Shown here: positions 1 to 13,070 of the stretch, one piece after another
Layout: the number at the start of each line of letters is the position of its first letter
How positions within the stretch are numbered: the stretch's first letter is position 1
Assembly (NCBI GenBank): GCA_036785375.1
Contig: JAWMAR010000211.1
Location: 3,162,001 to 3,226,000, forward strand
Direction of reading: 5' to 3'
Length of the DNA stretch: 64,000 nucleotides
Origin: Leucoraja ocellata
Taxonomy: Eukaryota
Translations under genes and position numbers: made by a program
The notes under the pieces: model-generated
The model's database searches: none
The model's input: only the letters and a program-made list of their open reading frames with translations
What the model was told of the DNA's origin: nothing

Positions 1-208
1 ATAATTTGTGCGTCATATGCTCACCAATTAAACCTAACCCAGTGTGTTGGTAATCTTACATTTTTTCTAAATCCTTCTCATGTGTCCTTTAATATTCTTA
101 GATAGTTCTTATTCTGCCATTACTATGCATGTAATATATTTTTAATTCATTTTGCTCCATATTATTTGTTTCGTTTCTCCCCAACAGGCTAGTATAAATG
201 ACAAGCAG

Positions 209-490
209 TCACGGTGGCGCAGCGGTAGAGTTGCTGCCTTACAACTAATCCAGCGCAGGAGAACCGGGTTCGATCCCGATTACGGGTGCTGTCTGTTCAG
301 AGTTTGTACGTTCTCCTCGTGACCTGTGTGGGTTTTCTCTGAGATCTTCAGTTTCCTCACCCACTCCAAAGACATACAGGTTTGTAGGTTAATTGGCTTG
401 GTAAATGTAAAAATTGTCCCTAGTGTTAATGTGCGGGGAGGCTGAAGGGCCTGTTTCCATGCCGTATCTCTAAACTAAACTAAACTAAAA
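209..490 (+). mobile_element. HE1-like tRNA-derived V-SINE
   Basis: A-box GGTGGCGCAGCGG, B-box GGTTCGATCCC, V-domain (GTTCTCC..GTGGGTTTTCT..TTTCCTC..CACTCCAAAGAC), CR1-type tail GGGCCTGTTTCC..GTATCTC(TAAAC)n. Confidence 0.85.
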
Positions 491-664
491 TTACCCACCA
501 CATGTGTGGCTCTCCCATTGACACTTCAAGGTGACATTCAACTTAAATGATATGTGATCAATTATGATGGTTTTGCAGAACTGATCCCATCTCTTTTCAT
601 CACATTAACATCCACAGGCGTATGAAAATGTGAGTAAGGCTCTGATTGTTCCTTTTGTTTGGTC

Positions 665-978
665 TAGTTTAGTTTAGAGATACAGTGCAGAGATACACTG
701 GCCCTTTGTCCCATCGAGTCTGCACTGACCAGCGATTCCCGCACACTAACACTATCCTATATACACTGGGGCCAATTGTACAATTTTTACCAGGCCAATT
801 AACCTACAAACCCGCATGTCTTTGGAGTGTGGGGGAAAACCACAGCTCCCAGAGAAAACCTAAACAGGTCACAGGGAGAACATACGAACTCCATACAGAC
901 AGCACCCATAGTCAGGATCGAACTGAGGTCCCTGGCGCTATACGGCAGCAACTCTACTGTTGCACCACCATGCTGCTG
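665..978 (-). mobile_element. HE1-like V-SINE, full length
   Basis: Reverse complement of the 209-490 family, from the (GTTTA)n tail to the tRNA head. Confidence 0.85.
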
Positions 979-1226
979 TCCACGACTTTAGGCACTGGTG
1001 ATGCAAGCACTGTCCTGTTCCTTCTTAGAACAATGGACTGGTTTCTGTTCCTTCCTTAGTCTCTCTCTATTTTTATACATTACATATTTTCATGTTCTCA
1101 TAATACCATCGACTAATTTTATTGTTTTATCTGAGTTCACACTTTTTGCATTTTTCTATTGATTATCTAATACTCCACTTTGTTTGTAATTTCATTTCTT
1201 ACTGATAGAGAGGAGAATAGAATAGA

Positions 1227-1748
1227 GAAGGGGAGAAGGGGAGGGGGAGAGAAGGGGGGAGAGAAGGGGGGGGGGGGGGGGAAAGGAGGAGTGGAGACAC
1301 TTTTAAGAAACCAGAGAACTTTTAATAAGCCAGAGATACACAGCTGTGAAGTTTGGCGGGCATTTAACATTACCAGTCGGTTATCCTTGGTTCTGAAAAA
1401 TCGTGCTTGCGTTTTTTTTCTCCCAATGAGCCAATGAAAATGACCGGTCCGCAAAGGCGATGAACTAAACTACCTACGACTACCTCGACCACACATAACT
1501 ACATGGCGACCCCACTACAACTGCACCTACAACTACAGGATTATCGATTATCTCCATTGCGACCAATTTTCAACATGTTGAAAAATTTGCAGACCATACT
1601 GAGGCCGCGACTAGTTCCCAGAATGCGGGAACTCCTCGCGACCATGAAGGAGACTCACCAGAGACCACCAGCGAACATGTGGCGACCATGTGGCGAGCGC
1701 AGAGTCTCTTGCACTTACCTAAAAAGTCGCCTAAGTGGGACAGGCCCT
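1227..1748. mobile_element. PIF/Harbinger-type MITE, subfamily A (left end missing)
   Basis: Right TIR CGCCTAAGTGGGACAGGCCCT; body colinear with 40496-41267; central palindrome TTTTCAACATGTTGAAAA at 1567-1584. Confidence 0.75.
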
Positions 1749-1772
1749 ATATAGTTCCAGTGTGTGGCTGAA

Positions 1773-1871
1773 AAGAGTCTGAAGCAGGGTCTCGACCCAA
1801 AATGTCACACATTCCTTCTCTCCAGATATGCTGCCTGTGCTGCTGAGTTACTCCAGCTTTTTGTGTCTATC
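1773..1871 (+). mobile_element. Penelope-like pLTR fragment with degenerate hammerhead, TSD-flanked
   Basis: GTCTGAAGCAGGGTCTCGACCCAAAATGTCAC..; direct repeat TG(T/C)GGCTGAA at 1763-1772 and 1872-1881. Confidence 0.65.
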
Positions 1872-2189
1872 TGCGGCTGAATGAAGTTTGGTTTATTTTG
1901 CATCGAACAGTATAGTCATCAACAGATGAAATCAGAAGACTTTGGCCACGTTTTGTAATGATGCATTGTTCAAAATGTCTTTGCATTTGATTCCAAAATG
2001 CGATATGAACATTGGGTCTTGTTTCAATATTCAGCATCATTATCCCTCACATTTAAAGCACTATTAAATATAGCAAGATAATAGATCCAAAATGTTTGAA
2101 ATTATACTGCCATGACAAATGCACTATTAATATTTTAGTGTTTTGTAATTATGAGCTGCATATTTTAATGACTTGATTTCACACACCGA

Positions 2190-2497
2190 CGGCATGGCGG
2201 CATAGCGGTAGAGTTGCTGCCTCACAGCGCCGGAGACCCAGCTTCGATCCTTACTATGAGTGCTGTCTGTATGAAGTTTGTATGTTCTCCCCGTGACCTG
2301 TGTGGGTTTTCTCCGGGAACTTCAGTTTCCTCCCACACTCCAAAGATGTACAGGTTTGTAGGTTAATTGACTTCGGTAAAGATTGTAAATTATCCCGAAC
2401 GTGTAGGATAGTGTCAGTGTGTGAAGATCTCTGGTCGGTGCGGATTCGATGTGCTGAAGGGCTTGTTCTCGCCCTGTATCTCTAAACTAAACAAAAC
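2190..2497 (+). mobile_element. HE1-like V-SINE
   Basis: tRNA-like head, V-domain, (TAAAC)n tail. Confidence 0.85.
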
Positions 2498-2705
2498 TTT
2501 TCAATATTGATCCTTTATATAATCATTGCAATTCATCAGTTTTACCTAACATCTCGTGTAGTACTCTATAACAACATAATATCCAAATTAAATTTCCCTG
2601 TTCCCAGAGCAGTTAATAGCTTTAGCTTGTTGTCATCACAGTTTTTTTTGTTCAATCTTTGTTCTTTGTCAGGAATGTTCTAAGCAGAAGTTCTAGATTT
2701 CTGAT

Positions 2706-2795
2706 ATTATTATCATTATTATTATTATTATTATAATTATAATTATATAATATAATATAATATAATATAATATAATATAATATAATATATATATT
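2706..2795. repeat. (ATT)n / (TATAA)n microsatellite
   Basis: Direct inspection. Confidence 0.95.
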
Positions 2796-2897
2796 ATTTA
2801 TTACATTAATTGTCAAAGTGTGTGTTTGTAGATTCAAATATTCTTATCTTAAGGGTCTTGTCTGACCATCAGCAAGTCTGAGGTGTCTACTTGATAA

Positions 2898-3552
2898 TGG
2901 GCCTGCCCCTCTTTGGCGATGTTTCAACGGACTGCCGCCGACTGTCAAGTTGCTGGCAGTCGCTTGAAAAATCGGCAACTGGAACGGCGACTGTCAGAAT
3001 GGAACACACACACACACACACACAACGCTCCCTTCACCAGCCCGTTATGCAGGTGGTGGGCAGGGCAAGTGGGGGGAGCACTGTCTAAAATATTCACACG
3101 GTGCAAAACCAAGATGAACCAGACACACCAGATGAACAGGAAGGTTGGCGCTGTAAAAAGACAGCATAAGCACAGTGTACGGTAAGTCCTTTAAAGGAGG
3201 TGGGAGGGGGGGTGGGGGGGGGGGGGGGGGTAGAGGGGGGCTACAACCTACGAGAACCTCCGAGAACCTTCGACCTCCTGGCAACCAACTAAGACCTCCT
3301 GGCGACCCACCTAAGGCACGAGAATTCTCGCTACTCTCCATGGCGGCTTCATTCTAGTTGTCGCTAATTTTTCAACATGTTGAATAATTCACGGCGACCA
3401 TAATGAGGCTGTGGCTCGTTCCCAGTATGAGGGAACTCCTCGCGACCATGAAGGCGACTCCCCGGCAACCACCCGCGAACATGTGGCGAACATGTGGTGA
3501 ATGCATAGTCTCCTGCAGTTGTCTAAAAAGTCGCCTAAGTGGGACAGGCCCA
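2898..3552. mobile_element. PIF/Harbinger-type MITE, subfamily A
   Basis: TGGGCCTGCCCCTCTTTGGCG ... CGCCTAAGTGGGACAGGCCCA termini; left flank TAA; internal poly-G; central palindrome near 3369-3386. Confidence 0.8.
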
Positions 3553-3733
3553 TGTCTTTTTCTTCCCAATTTCACTGAGTTGCAGGGGTTATTTAATGCC
3601 AACAGGAATAAACATTCACTTCTAAAGCATCAAAACATCCTATTCTTGAAAAATTAGTGTACGCTTCCATTGTGTCTCTTCTTGGCCAATTAAGTTTTCA
3701 CAAGATGTAAAGATGGTTGACGTAGTAAATTTA

Positions 3734-4026
3734 AAGGCCTGTCCACTGTATGAGGTAATTCAAGAGTTCTCCCGAGTTTTCCCCTGATTCAAACTCGGAG
3801 GATGTCTCGTAGCGGCTCATACGGGTAATGGTGTTGACATTTTTCAACACTGTAAAAAATGCCCACGAGTAGAAAATACCTACATGGTGATGAAAAAAAT
3901 GGTTACTTTTTACTCGTACGAGACATCCACGAACTCCTACAGACCCGCTACGGATATTTCCCGCGTTCGAATCAGGGGAAAACTCATGAGAACTCTTGAA
4001 TTACCTCGTACAGTGGGACAGGCCTT
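3734..4026. mobile_element. PIF/Harbinger-type MITE, subfamily B
   Basis: About 55-bp imperfect TIRs AAGGCCTGTCC(C)ACTGTAYGAGGTAATTCAAGAGTTCTC..TTTTCCCCTGATTC. Confidence 0.8.
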
Positions 4027-4160
4027 TAGGGTACGGAAGGAGGCCATTTGTCCCATTGTTACCCTGCCAGTTACCAAAATCTACCCAATCTAATGCCATC
4101 TTCCTGCATAATATGCATAGACTTGCAGGTCATTGATCCTCATATAAGTATCCATGCACT

Positions 4161-4380
4161 TTAGTTTAGTTTAGTTTAGTTTAGTTTAGAGATAAAACGC
4201 AGAAAAAGGCCCTTCGGCCCATCCGAGTCTGTGCCAACCAGCGATCCCTGTACACTTACACTATCTTACACACACTAGGGACAATTTACAATTATACCAA
4301 ATCAATTAAACCCACAACCCTGTACGTTGCACTACACTTTGGAGTGTGGGAAGAAACTGGAGATCGTGGAGAAAACCCAC
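4161..4380 (-). mobile_element. HE1-like V-SINE, head missing
   Basis: (TTTAG)n tail then AGATA..GGCCCTTCGGCCC.. V-domain, reverse strand. Confidence 0.8.
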
Positions 4381-6319
4381 TTATTAAATGTGAATCGGTT
4401 ATTTACCTCCACCAACCATTTACTGTGAATTCCAGGCACAAACCATCCTCAAGGTAAAAAATAATTCCCTCAGCTCTTCATTAATCCTTGCATCAATTAC
4501 TTTGGCTATTGACACCCTTGCACAAGCCTTAGCCCTCCGATTTTAGGACCTTCTCATTTACTTTATCTGCACCCCTCGTAAATGTATAGAATTCCTTTTA
4601 CCTTCCACTCAGCATCATCTGTTCCAAAGAACATAACTTTATTTAATCATTCCTCAAGGTTATAACTATTGTCCTGGGATCATCCTCGTAAATTCATTCT
4701 GCATCATCTCCAGTGAAAAATCGATTGAACATCAATGAATCGTTCGGAGCTAACAAAAGCCATTGCCGCAGTTAGCAGATGAACAGATCTATTTAAACAG
4801 CAGTGCCAGCTCAGTATAAATCTTGCCTTCTCTGTGTTTGGAATAGAAGTATCTGCAGGTTTTGTGACTGCACAATGTCTTGAAGTCTTTCATCAGTGTT
4901 ATACATAAAATTCTTAATCAGCATACACACTTATATTTAGGTTAGAACATTGGGTTCAGTGTCACTGTGATGAGAACACATGCTGTTAAATGGTTATTTT
5001 GGTTTTTGCCACATCCAGCCCCACTAGCATTGAATTCCCCACAGTCCCTCCATGAGACCAGGCATTGTTCTCAAAATGCGTGGTACCATTCTCTCAAATC
5101 CAGAAGAAACAAAATGACAGTCATGCACAACCTCAATTAATTTGAGCTGTGGCCAAGATTTTGGGGTCCTTTAATTTCACCATTGAGCCCAGGACTGAAG
5201 GGCTCCCTTTGCTCCTCCTCAAACATTCAGCATGAAGCCACCGAGAATCGTTGAACCTTTTGCATCTCATGGTGGCAATGTTCATTAGAAGTAAATGCCG
5301 ATGAGGCTTGCCTTTCACAATAGACTTGGTCTTACGGGAAAGGCAATGGATAAGCAAAGGAAACGATTGCTCTCTGTCCCTTGCCTGAGATAAAAATCCA
5401 ATCCAGACTGCTGGGGCCAGTCGTAAAACGGTCTGATCAGTGCTTCTGAACCAATTTGGATGCATTGATTCTTCCTAATAGTAGCACTTATTAGCGATGA
5501 TTGTTCTCAACACCAGAAATGTAATCATTTTTTTAAAGTCACTTTTATTTCAATTCCTCTCTCTCCTCTCTCTAACAGGAAAACGTGCTAATTTAAACTC
5601 AGCCAGTTCACGTGGAAATATAATGTAACACTTCGCAAAATTAAACATTGTCACTGTGTATAATTCCATGGTTATGTACAATATTCCTGTGGTTTATATG
5701 CTCATGGAAGCAAGTTTTGCTTTGTACATTAGTTGTCAGCAAGGCATAGAAATAAAGCATGGACCTCATTAAATTAATGGCTTCATTCTTTTCAGTAGCA
5801 GTAAAATATATCTGCACAAGAAATAAGGTGAAATAAGTTATGCTAAAATATGATATATTAGCTACATTGTCTATCATGGACTATTTTTGATACTGCTACA
5901 TTGGAGACAATTACAAAAGATGCCACATGACATCTGTGGTAATAAAACATGCCTACTGCTGATTCAGCATGCAAATATATAACTAATCCGTGGTTTAAAT
6001 CCATGTAGACGCTATAGTCTGAAGATGTATATCTTTTGCATGCACACTCTAAATAGAAGCACATTTCTGGAGCATTACATGTACCCCCAGCCAACAATCC
6101 TTCAGAAGCTGTGGAGTTCTCTGGCTGATGAAACATCTCATACATCAGATTGGCTTAGTAGAAGAAGGGGATCTTTACGAACTTTTCCTGTGGGTTTCTG
6201 AAGGTCTTCTCTTGTTGAAGATTGCCCATAGGAGGAGGAATGTCTTGCACTCAGACGGTGATTTGGGTGATGCAGCATACCTGGGACAAATGCTCCCAGG
6301 AGGCAGTGGCCTTGAGAGG

Positions 6320-6742
6320 CCGGGGGGCTGATCCCCGCGGCCAGACTCAGGGTCAGCGCCGCCATGCTATCAGGTGGTGGTTAAGGACTGGTGCCAGCGG
6401 TTGGGAAAGGGCGCCAGCGGTTGTTGTAAGGACCGGTGGTCAAGGACGGGCCGACAGAGGATGCTGGAGGTCAGACGGGTGCCGGACGCATCGCAAGAAC
6501 AAAGAGGGACCTAGCATGTGGGGAGGGGGGTAACTGCCGAGAGAACATAGGGCATCCTGGTGTATTGGGGGGGGGGGGGGGGGGGGGGGGTGCCGGAAAC
6601 TAAGGGGGTCTTTGTAACTGTGTTGGCGCCCTGTACAGTGTGAGGCGACTTTTTCTATGCTTGTGTAGGTAAACAGAGAATCTCACCGTGATATGTCACA
6701 TGTGATAATAAAGTTTCATTCATCCATTTATTCATTCATTCA
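6320..6742 (+). mobile_element. GC-rich non-autonomous retroelement with Rex/Babar-like 3' tail
   Basis: GC-rich body, poly-G tract, ending GTCACATGTGATAATAAAG(TTCA)n. Confidence 0.5.
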
Positions 6743-7606
6743 AGATCAGTCACTGGATGGAGAGCTTCAAGAAAGTTCATGCTTTTACACAAACTCTAAA
6801 GGCCAAACACAATTCTTAGCATTTGCACTGCGACCACTACCACAAGAACGTGTTAATATTTTTTTCACATTACGCATTATTGCATCCTTCACACTGCCCT
6901 TCACTCCTCAGACATATCCAACAACACTTTAGATACCTGAAGCATCAGACGTGTACATGCAGAGTTCCCAATGGACTAATTTATGCTCAGCTTCCTTTCT
7001 CTTCCAGGTCTTGACTAGGTCTGTATAGAGTTACGTAACTTGAGGAAGCACTTCTGGCTATTCTCATGAGGGCAGTGACCACAATCAGATCAGGCACATC
7101 TTGACTGGAGCTCCAGCTTCTTGCCTATCATTACATCTAGTGTTTGGTTTGGTGGAACAGTCAATCTCCTTTTGGAACTTAATCCCAAGAGATCCACATC
7201 TCCACTGCATACATGGCTGTACCTCTGACTTCCCGCCGGAGATGAATAACATTCTATCATATCGTATCGTACCCCCACCTGCCCCACCTGCAGATACTGC
7301 CGAGGGCACCAAATGCAACTCGGAGAATGTGCCAAATATACAGCTATTCCTGATCGATAATTCACAAACCTTTACTTGAGGGCATGCTCAATGTGATTTG
7401 ACCATAAAGATCTTCTCTAGTGGGCACAGATACTGCATCAAATCTTCTAAGCATTATGATTCCATGCTCACTGGAGTGAAGATATACCTCACCGTCATTC
7501 CCTGTCTGTGTGACATCTTAAGAAAACCAAAGGTCCACCTTGCCTTTGGTAAAAAAAGGAGGAAGAGCGAAATTGAAATGATGTCCATTATTGCACCAAA
7601 AGGGCA

Positions 7607-7802
7607 CCATAGAGTCATAGAGTGGTACAGTGTGGAAACAGGCCCTTTGGCCCAACTCGCCCACACTGGCCAACAATGTCCCAGCTACACTAGTCCCACT
7701 TGCCTGCGCTTGGTCCATAATCCTCCAAACCTGTCCTATCCATGTACCTGTCCAACTGTTCCTAGCCTCAACTACCTCCTCTGGCAGCTTGTTCCATACA
7801 CC
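7607..7802 (-). mobile_element. HER1/CR1 LINE 3' end (related copies at about 11400-11622, 29978-30140, 49355-49635, 54392-54530)
   Basis: (CATAGAGT)n tail, ACAGTGTGGAAACAGGCCCTT..; the related copy at 11402-11620 (-) translates to WNKLPEEVAEA..FKKQLDRYM, typical of the CR1 ORF2 C-terminus. Confidence 0.75.
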
Positions 7803-10786
7803 AACTCAAAGACTGTAGTCATATGTAACTTGGAGGGCAGAGTAGGATGCAACTTCAATACCTTTACAAAGATGATGTCTCACAATGAAGGTGGACTCAC
7901 CTTCTCACCACTTTAGAAGTGATATATCCAGCAAAACATCATCCTCATCATGTCTGATTAGACAGCCTTAAATAGGTCACAATTACCAGTGTACTGCAGG
8001 TATCGTCAAATTTTAATGCTGGATATGTAGCTGCATTTTCCACAGATATATTATGCATTGAAGAGAAATACAACATGAACTGCAAAATTTTCCTTAGTGT
8101 ATAACTTTCTTTGATATCAAATGTAAATAGTGTTTGTAACATCATACCTGATAAAAGGCCAGAACAATAAGAAGATGTGATTTATGATATTTAACTGAAC
8201 CTGATTTATTTCTGTTTAGAAATATTATCAGGAGTTTTATTACACAATCTCTTCATTTGTAATGCTTGTACATTGAGTTTAGCGCCTCGGGACATTGACT
8301 TAATGGATAATACTTCTGCTATTACTTGACATTAAAATTACATGCTGCAATAATGACATTTGAGAGAGACACGTACTCTTGCGAATGTAATCTATGATTT
8401 ATTACCAAACCATAACTTGGTGCAGAAGAATTTCTTATATTTTACACTGCTTAGGAAAGTGTGTGAACTGTTCTTTTTATATGAATATCAAATTATGGAA
8501 TCTTGATACACTTAGTAAAAAATCTTTACGATTATTGTAATGCCTCCATTTCCGGCACAAAAGTATATTATTTTCAGCATATTGAAGGATATAGCAAATA
8601 CATTTTCTCAAGCGCAGACTTTTATTTTGCCCAAGGCAGCTCTTAATTAGACTATTTATTGCAAATGGCAATGAGAAATTAAACACAACACATGCAGAGT
8701 TTTAGTTTGTTGATTTGGTATGAATTGCAGAAGAGCTGTAGTCCTTAACAAATCATTAACCCAGAGAAACAACCAATTTACAAATTGCTCACATTATATC
8801 ATTTTAAACTCTTTTATTTAGGCTCAGCATGAGAACAGTGACTAATTGATGACAGTGGTGTGCAAAATTATGTTGATCCTGTCAAATTTAGGAAATCAGG
8901 CACAGGGAACCATTAAATAAAAACAAAGTGCTGGAGTAACTCAACGGTCAGGCAACATAATTGTAATAAAAAGGATCTGCAGATGCTGGTTTATGCCAAC
9001 ACAGTGACAAAAAGCTGGAGTAACTCAACGGGTCAGGCAGCATCTCCAGAGACATGGATAGGTGACGTTTTGGGTCAGCACCATTCTTCAGATTAATTGG
9101 AGGAGGGGTGAGAAAGGTGGAAGAGAGGTAGGGGCATTCAAGGTGTGGAAAGTGATAGCTGGCTACAGGTGAGGGGGAACGGGGGTGGGGGAGGTGGGTG
9201 GGGAGGGCGGTGGGGGGTGGAGGGATTGCGGGGGTGGAGGGATCGCGGAGGTGGGGGGGAGGGGGGGGGATCGGTAGGCTGTTGGGGGGGAGGGGGGTGT
9301 GATACATGGATAATCTAAGGCCAGAGATGAAAAGACATAAAGAGTGAGATGAGGAGATAAGGACAGAAGGGGTGTGAAACATGAAAAGGGCTTGTCCATT
9401 GAAGAAAGATGTGCAGTTGGACCATTGCTCATTGGGGTTTAGAAAAATGAAAGGTAATTTTATTGAAACAGGTAAGATTCTGTTGGGGTTTGTGATGGTC
9501 GGTGCTGAGAGATGTTTCTGCTCATGAACTATTTCAGAACAAAAAGTTACCCATTTAAGATGGAAATGGAAATGGAAATGCAAGTGCCATGAATCATTTG
9601 AATCCTCCACTCAAGATAGTTGAAGGCTGTATCATTGAATATACTCACGGCCAAGGTGGACAGATTGTTGGTTTATGAGGAAATGAAGAGTTGTGGGGAA
9701 CTGGCAGGAGGGTGGAGGAGAGGTCTAGGTTAAATCAGGTATCATTGTGTTGTATGATGGAGAAGGCTTGAGAGGCATAAGGTGTAAGGTTGCTTCTCTC
9801 AAGTTCCTATATCTGATCTCTGGGATCAGCTAAGGGCCAGGAGACAGGAACCAGAGACTCAGGGATCAAACTGGGCCAACTCAGTCTGGGGTCTATGTCC
9901 AGATCCAGAACCATATCTAGCTGTCGGCATGTTATTGTATTACACTGAGCAACTATATTATTGGCAAGGGCTGCAATTGTATAATATGGATGCATCACTG
10001 GTTTGCCATTTAACAGTGTGATACAGTACTGATTTAGTTTATTGTCACGTGTACCGAGGTACATTGAAAAGCTTTTGTTGCGTGCTAACCCATCAGCGGA
10101 AAGCTAATACATAATTACAATCAGGCCATTCACAGTGTACAGTTACATGATAATAGGAATAACGTGAGTATTGTTTACTACAAGATAAATCTAGTATAGT
10201 CTGATCAAAGATAGTCCGAAGGTCCCAATGAGTTACTATCGGACCATCTTCCAATCAGTCTTTGCTGGCTTTACCTTGCACTAAAGATTATTCCTTTATC
10301 ATGTATCTACACACTGTAAAATGGATCGATTGTAATCATGTATTGTCTTTCTGCTGACGGGATAGCATGCACCAAAAACTCTTTACTGCACCTCGGTACA
10401 CGTGACAATAAACTAAACTGAACTGAACTGAACTGGATAATAGGCAGAATTTTGCAAAATTCAGATGGTTCTGTGTTTTATTCAGCTCTCAGATTCAGAT
10501 TCAATTTTAATTGTCATTGTCAGTGTACAGTACAGAGACAACGAAATGCATTGCAGAGACAACAAAAGGTTTTATTCATCTGTTTTGTGGGCACTGCTTG
10601 TTTTGATCCATGAAGGCCCTGCTGCATATAGGAACATCACTGAGCATCAGGCTGGCTTGGTTCCGATTGATAATAGTGTTTGCTGTAGAAGGCAAGATGC
10701 TTCCTGGAAATTCTGGGACTGATCTCCGCACCATTGAAGGGATCATCAGCAAGTGCTGCCACCAAAAAGGAAGGTAATATCATGAA

Positions 10787-11703
10787 AGACACAAAATGCT
10801 GGAGTATCTCAGCAGGAAAGGCATCATCTCTGGAGAGAAGGGATGGGTAACGTTTCGGATTGAGACCCTTCTTCAGACTGAGAGTCAGGGGAGGGGGAGA
10901 TACAGAGATAAGGAAGTGTAAGGTGTGAGAACAAGACATCAAAGGGGGTGGAAATCAAAGAAAATTGAGAATAGATCATTGTTAGTTAAATGTAATCGGG
11001 GACAGTCAGAGTGGTGGGAGAACTGGGAACGGGGAGGGATGGAGACAGAGGGAAAGCAAGGGTTACTTGAGGTTAGAGAAGTTAATGTTCATACCGCTGG
11101 GTTGTAAGCTGCCCAAATGAAATATGAGGTGCTGTTCCTTCAATTTGCGCTAGGTCTCACTCTGACAATGGAGGAGGCTCAGGACAGAAAGGTCAGATTG
11201 GGAATGGGAGGGGAAGTTAAAGTGTTTAGCAACCGGGAGATCAGGTAGGTTTAGGCAGACTGAGCTAAACTACTCCTGGTTGGTAGTGTCCATTGTCAGA
11301 GTGAGGGCCAGCGCAAACAATGATCTATTCTGCATTTTCCTTGATCTCCATCCACTTTGATGTTTCGTTCTCACCCCTTACACACCCTTATCTCTGTATA
11401 GTCATAAAGAGTCAGAGAGTGATAAAGTGTGGAAACAAGCCCTTCGGCCCAACTTGCCCACACCTGCCAACATGTCCCAGCTACATTGGTCCCATCTGCC
11501 TGCACTTGGTCCATATCCCTCTAAACCTGTACTATCCATGTACCTGTCTAACTGTTTCTTAAATGTTGGGCTAGTCCTAGCCTCAGCTACCTCCTCTGGC
11601 AGCTTGTTCCATACCCCCACCGCCCTTTACCTTCCTCTCCCCTGACTCTCAGCACTTTGTGTTGATCTTCGGTTTAAACGGGCATCTGTAGTTCCTTCCT
11701 ACA
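10787..11703 (-). mobile_element. Penelope-like element remnant (GIY-YIG C-terminal fragment + pLTR + inverted tail) inserted into a Rex/Babar remnant
   Basis: Direct repeat AATATCATGAAAGACA at 10776-10791 and 11704-11719; hammerhead core on - strand near 10846-10880; itself interrupted by a CR1 3' end at about 11400-11622. Confidence 0.7.
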
Positions 11704-12841
11704 AATATCATGAAAGACAAACACCACCCTGGCCACGCTCTCATCTCGCTGCTACAAGAATGGGTGACGTTTCAGATTGAGACCCTTCTTCATAAAGAAC
11801 GAGGAACTTGTGAACCATTAACATGGGTTGAAGAACAGGCTCGGCCCACCAATCATTGAGCTCTTGAACCACCAGCGTATCCATAACCACAACCCGACCT
11901 CAGCTACAATCTACTATGAACTTTGTTTATGTTGCACTACATGTTTTGGTTTACACTTTCACCATCTGGTTATCTACTACAATTGATCATTTATAATATT
12001 ATTGATTATTGTATTTGTTGTGCTGTTGCGTTAATGTGACTGTTGAGCTGCAGAAAGTGAGAATACCATTATTCCATACCCAGTGTACAAGACTAATAAA
12101 CACACTTGACTCTTTACTCTTGCAAATTTTAAAAGAAAAGCAGTTACATCAGGTGCATCGACCACAGCAATATTCCTATCATCCATCATAGCTGTGTGGT
12201 GTACTGCATCTCCAACCATAATTGTTGATCTCTTGTTGAACCTGCCCAGTTTCGCCTCTGTTTTCATCCTATGTCAGAGCTTTTTTGTCAGAGCACAATA
12301 AATTATATCGTTTATTGTGTTACTTTTATTCGTATGGCTGTAACAAGACAATGGCCGTGCCGCTGTGTTTGGCTGCTTGTCGCCACTTCTTGCCGCTCCT
12401 GTTTGCCCTGACTCTGTTTGTGTCCATCTGCTCTGGTCTATACAGTGCTTTGGTCAACGTGAGTTGTTTTTAAATGTGCTTAATAAATAAATGTATTATA
12501 TATATTTTTTTTGTCACTTCGTCATGGACTACATTACAAGGATCTAAATCATTTACACAAGATGTTTTACATTTTTTATAAATTTAAACAATATTTATTT
12601 CATTGTTTCATCTGTGCTTTGGAGGCTTCCCTCTGTTGATGGTTTCCTTGTTCATATGTTGCGATTTTCATTTTTACTGTCTTGGTGGTAATTTGCCAGA
12701 ACAAATAACACCTATTCCTACCCCACCCTACGCCCCAACTCTAAGCTTTAAAACACCCTCCGCTTTTCTTTCCTTTGGCCTCAGTGAAATTCGGTGAGTT
12801 TTGTATGTAGTGAACGAATTGCCCCATCAGTTGCGCAGTAA

Positions 12842-13070
12842 AGGGCCTGTCCCACTTGGGCGTCATTTGCGCGTGACGCGGATGTCGAGCAAAGATTTTG
12901 TACATCACAAAATCCTGGGGCGCCGCGCGCGTCACTGCCTACTTCACCACACACCATGCGCACCATGCACGCACCACGCGCGCATCACATGCGCATCACG
13001 ATGCGCGCCATGACGCGTAAATTATGTTGCATAAATGACGCGCAAATGGCGCTCAAGTGGGACAGACCCT
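12842..13070. mobile_element. PIF/Harbinger-type MITE, subfamily C (CpG-rich)
   Basis: TIR AGGGCCTGTCCCACTTGGGCGTCATTTGCGCGT / ACGCGCAAATGGCGCTCAAGTGGGACAGACCCT; flanks TAA/TTA. Confidence 0.8.

Noticed and set aside
209-285. tRNA-like sequence with A and B boxes (also at other SINE heads)
   Set aside because: Continues into the V-domain and LINE tail; SINE head, not a tRNA gene.
1503-1754. Recurrent similar ORFs (..RPRLVPRMRELLATMK..; also 3403, 54999) suggesting a gene family
   Set aside because: Incidental open frames in GC-rich MITE A copies; starts and stops differ between copies and there is no domain signal.
8948-9610. 220-aa proline-rich ORF
   Set aside because: Runs across an old CR1 tail, a low-complexity G-rich tract and a pLTR.
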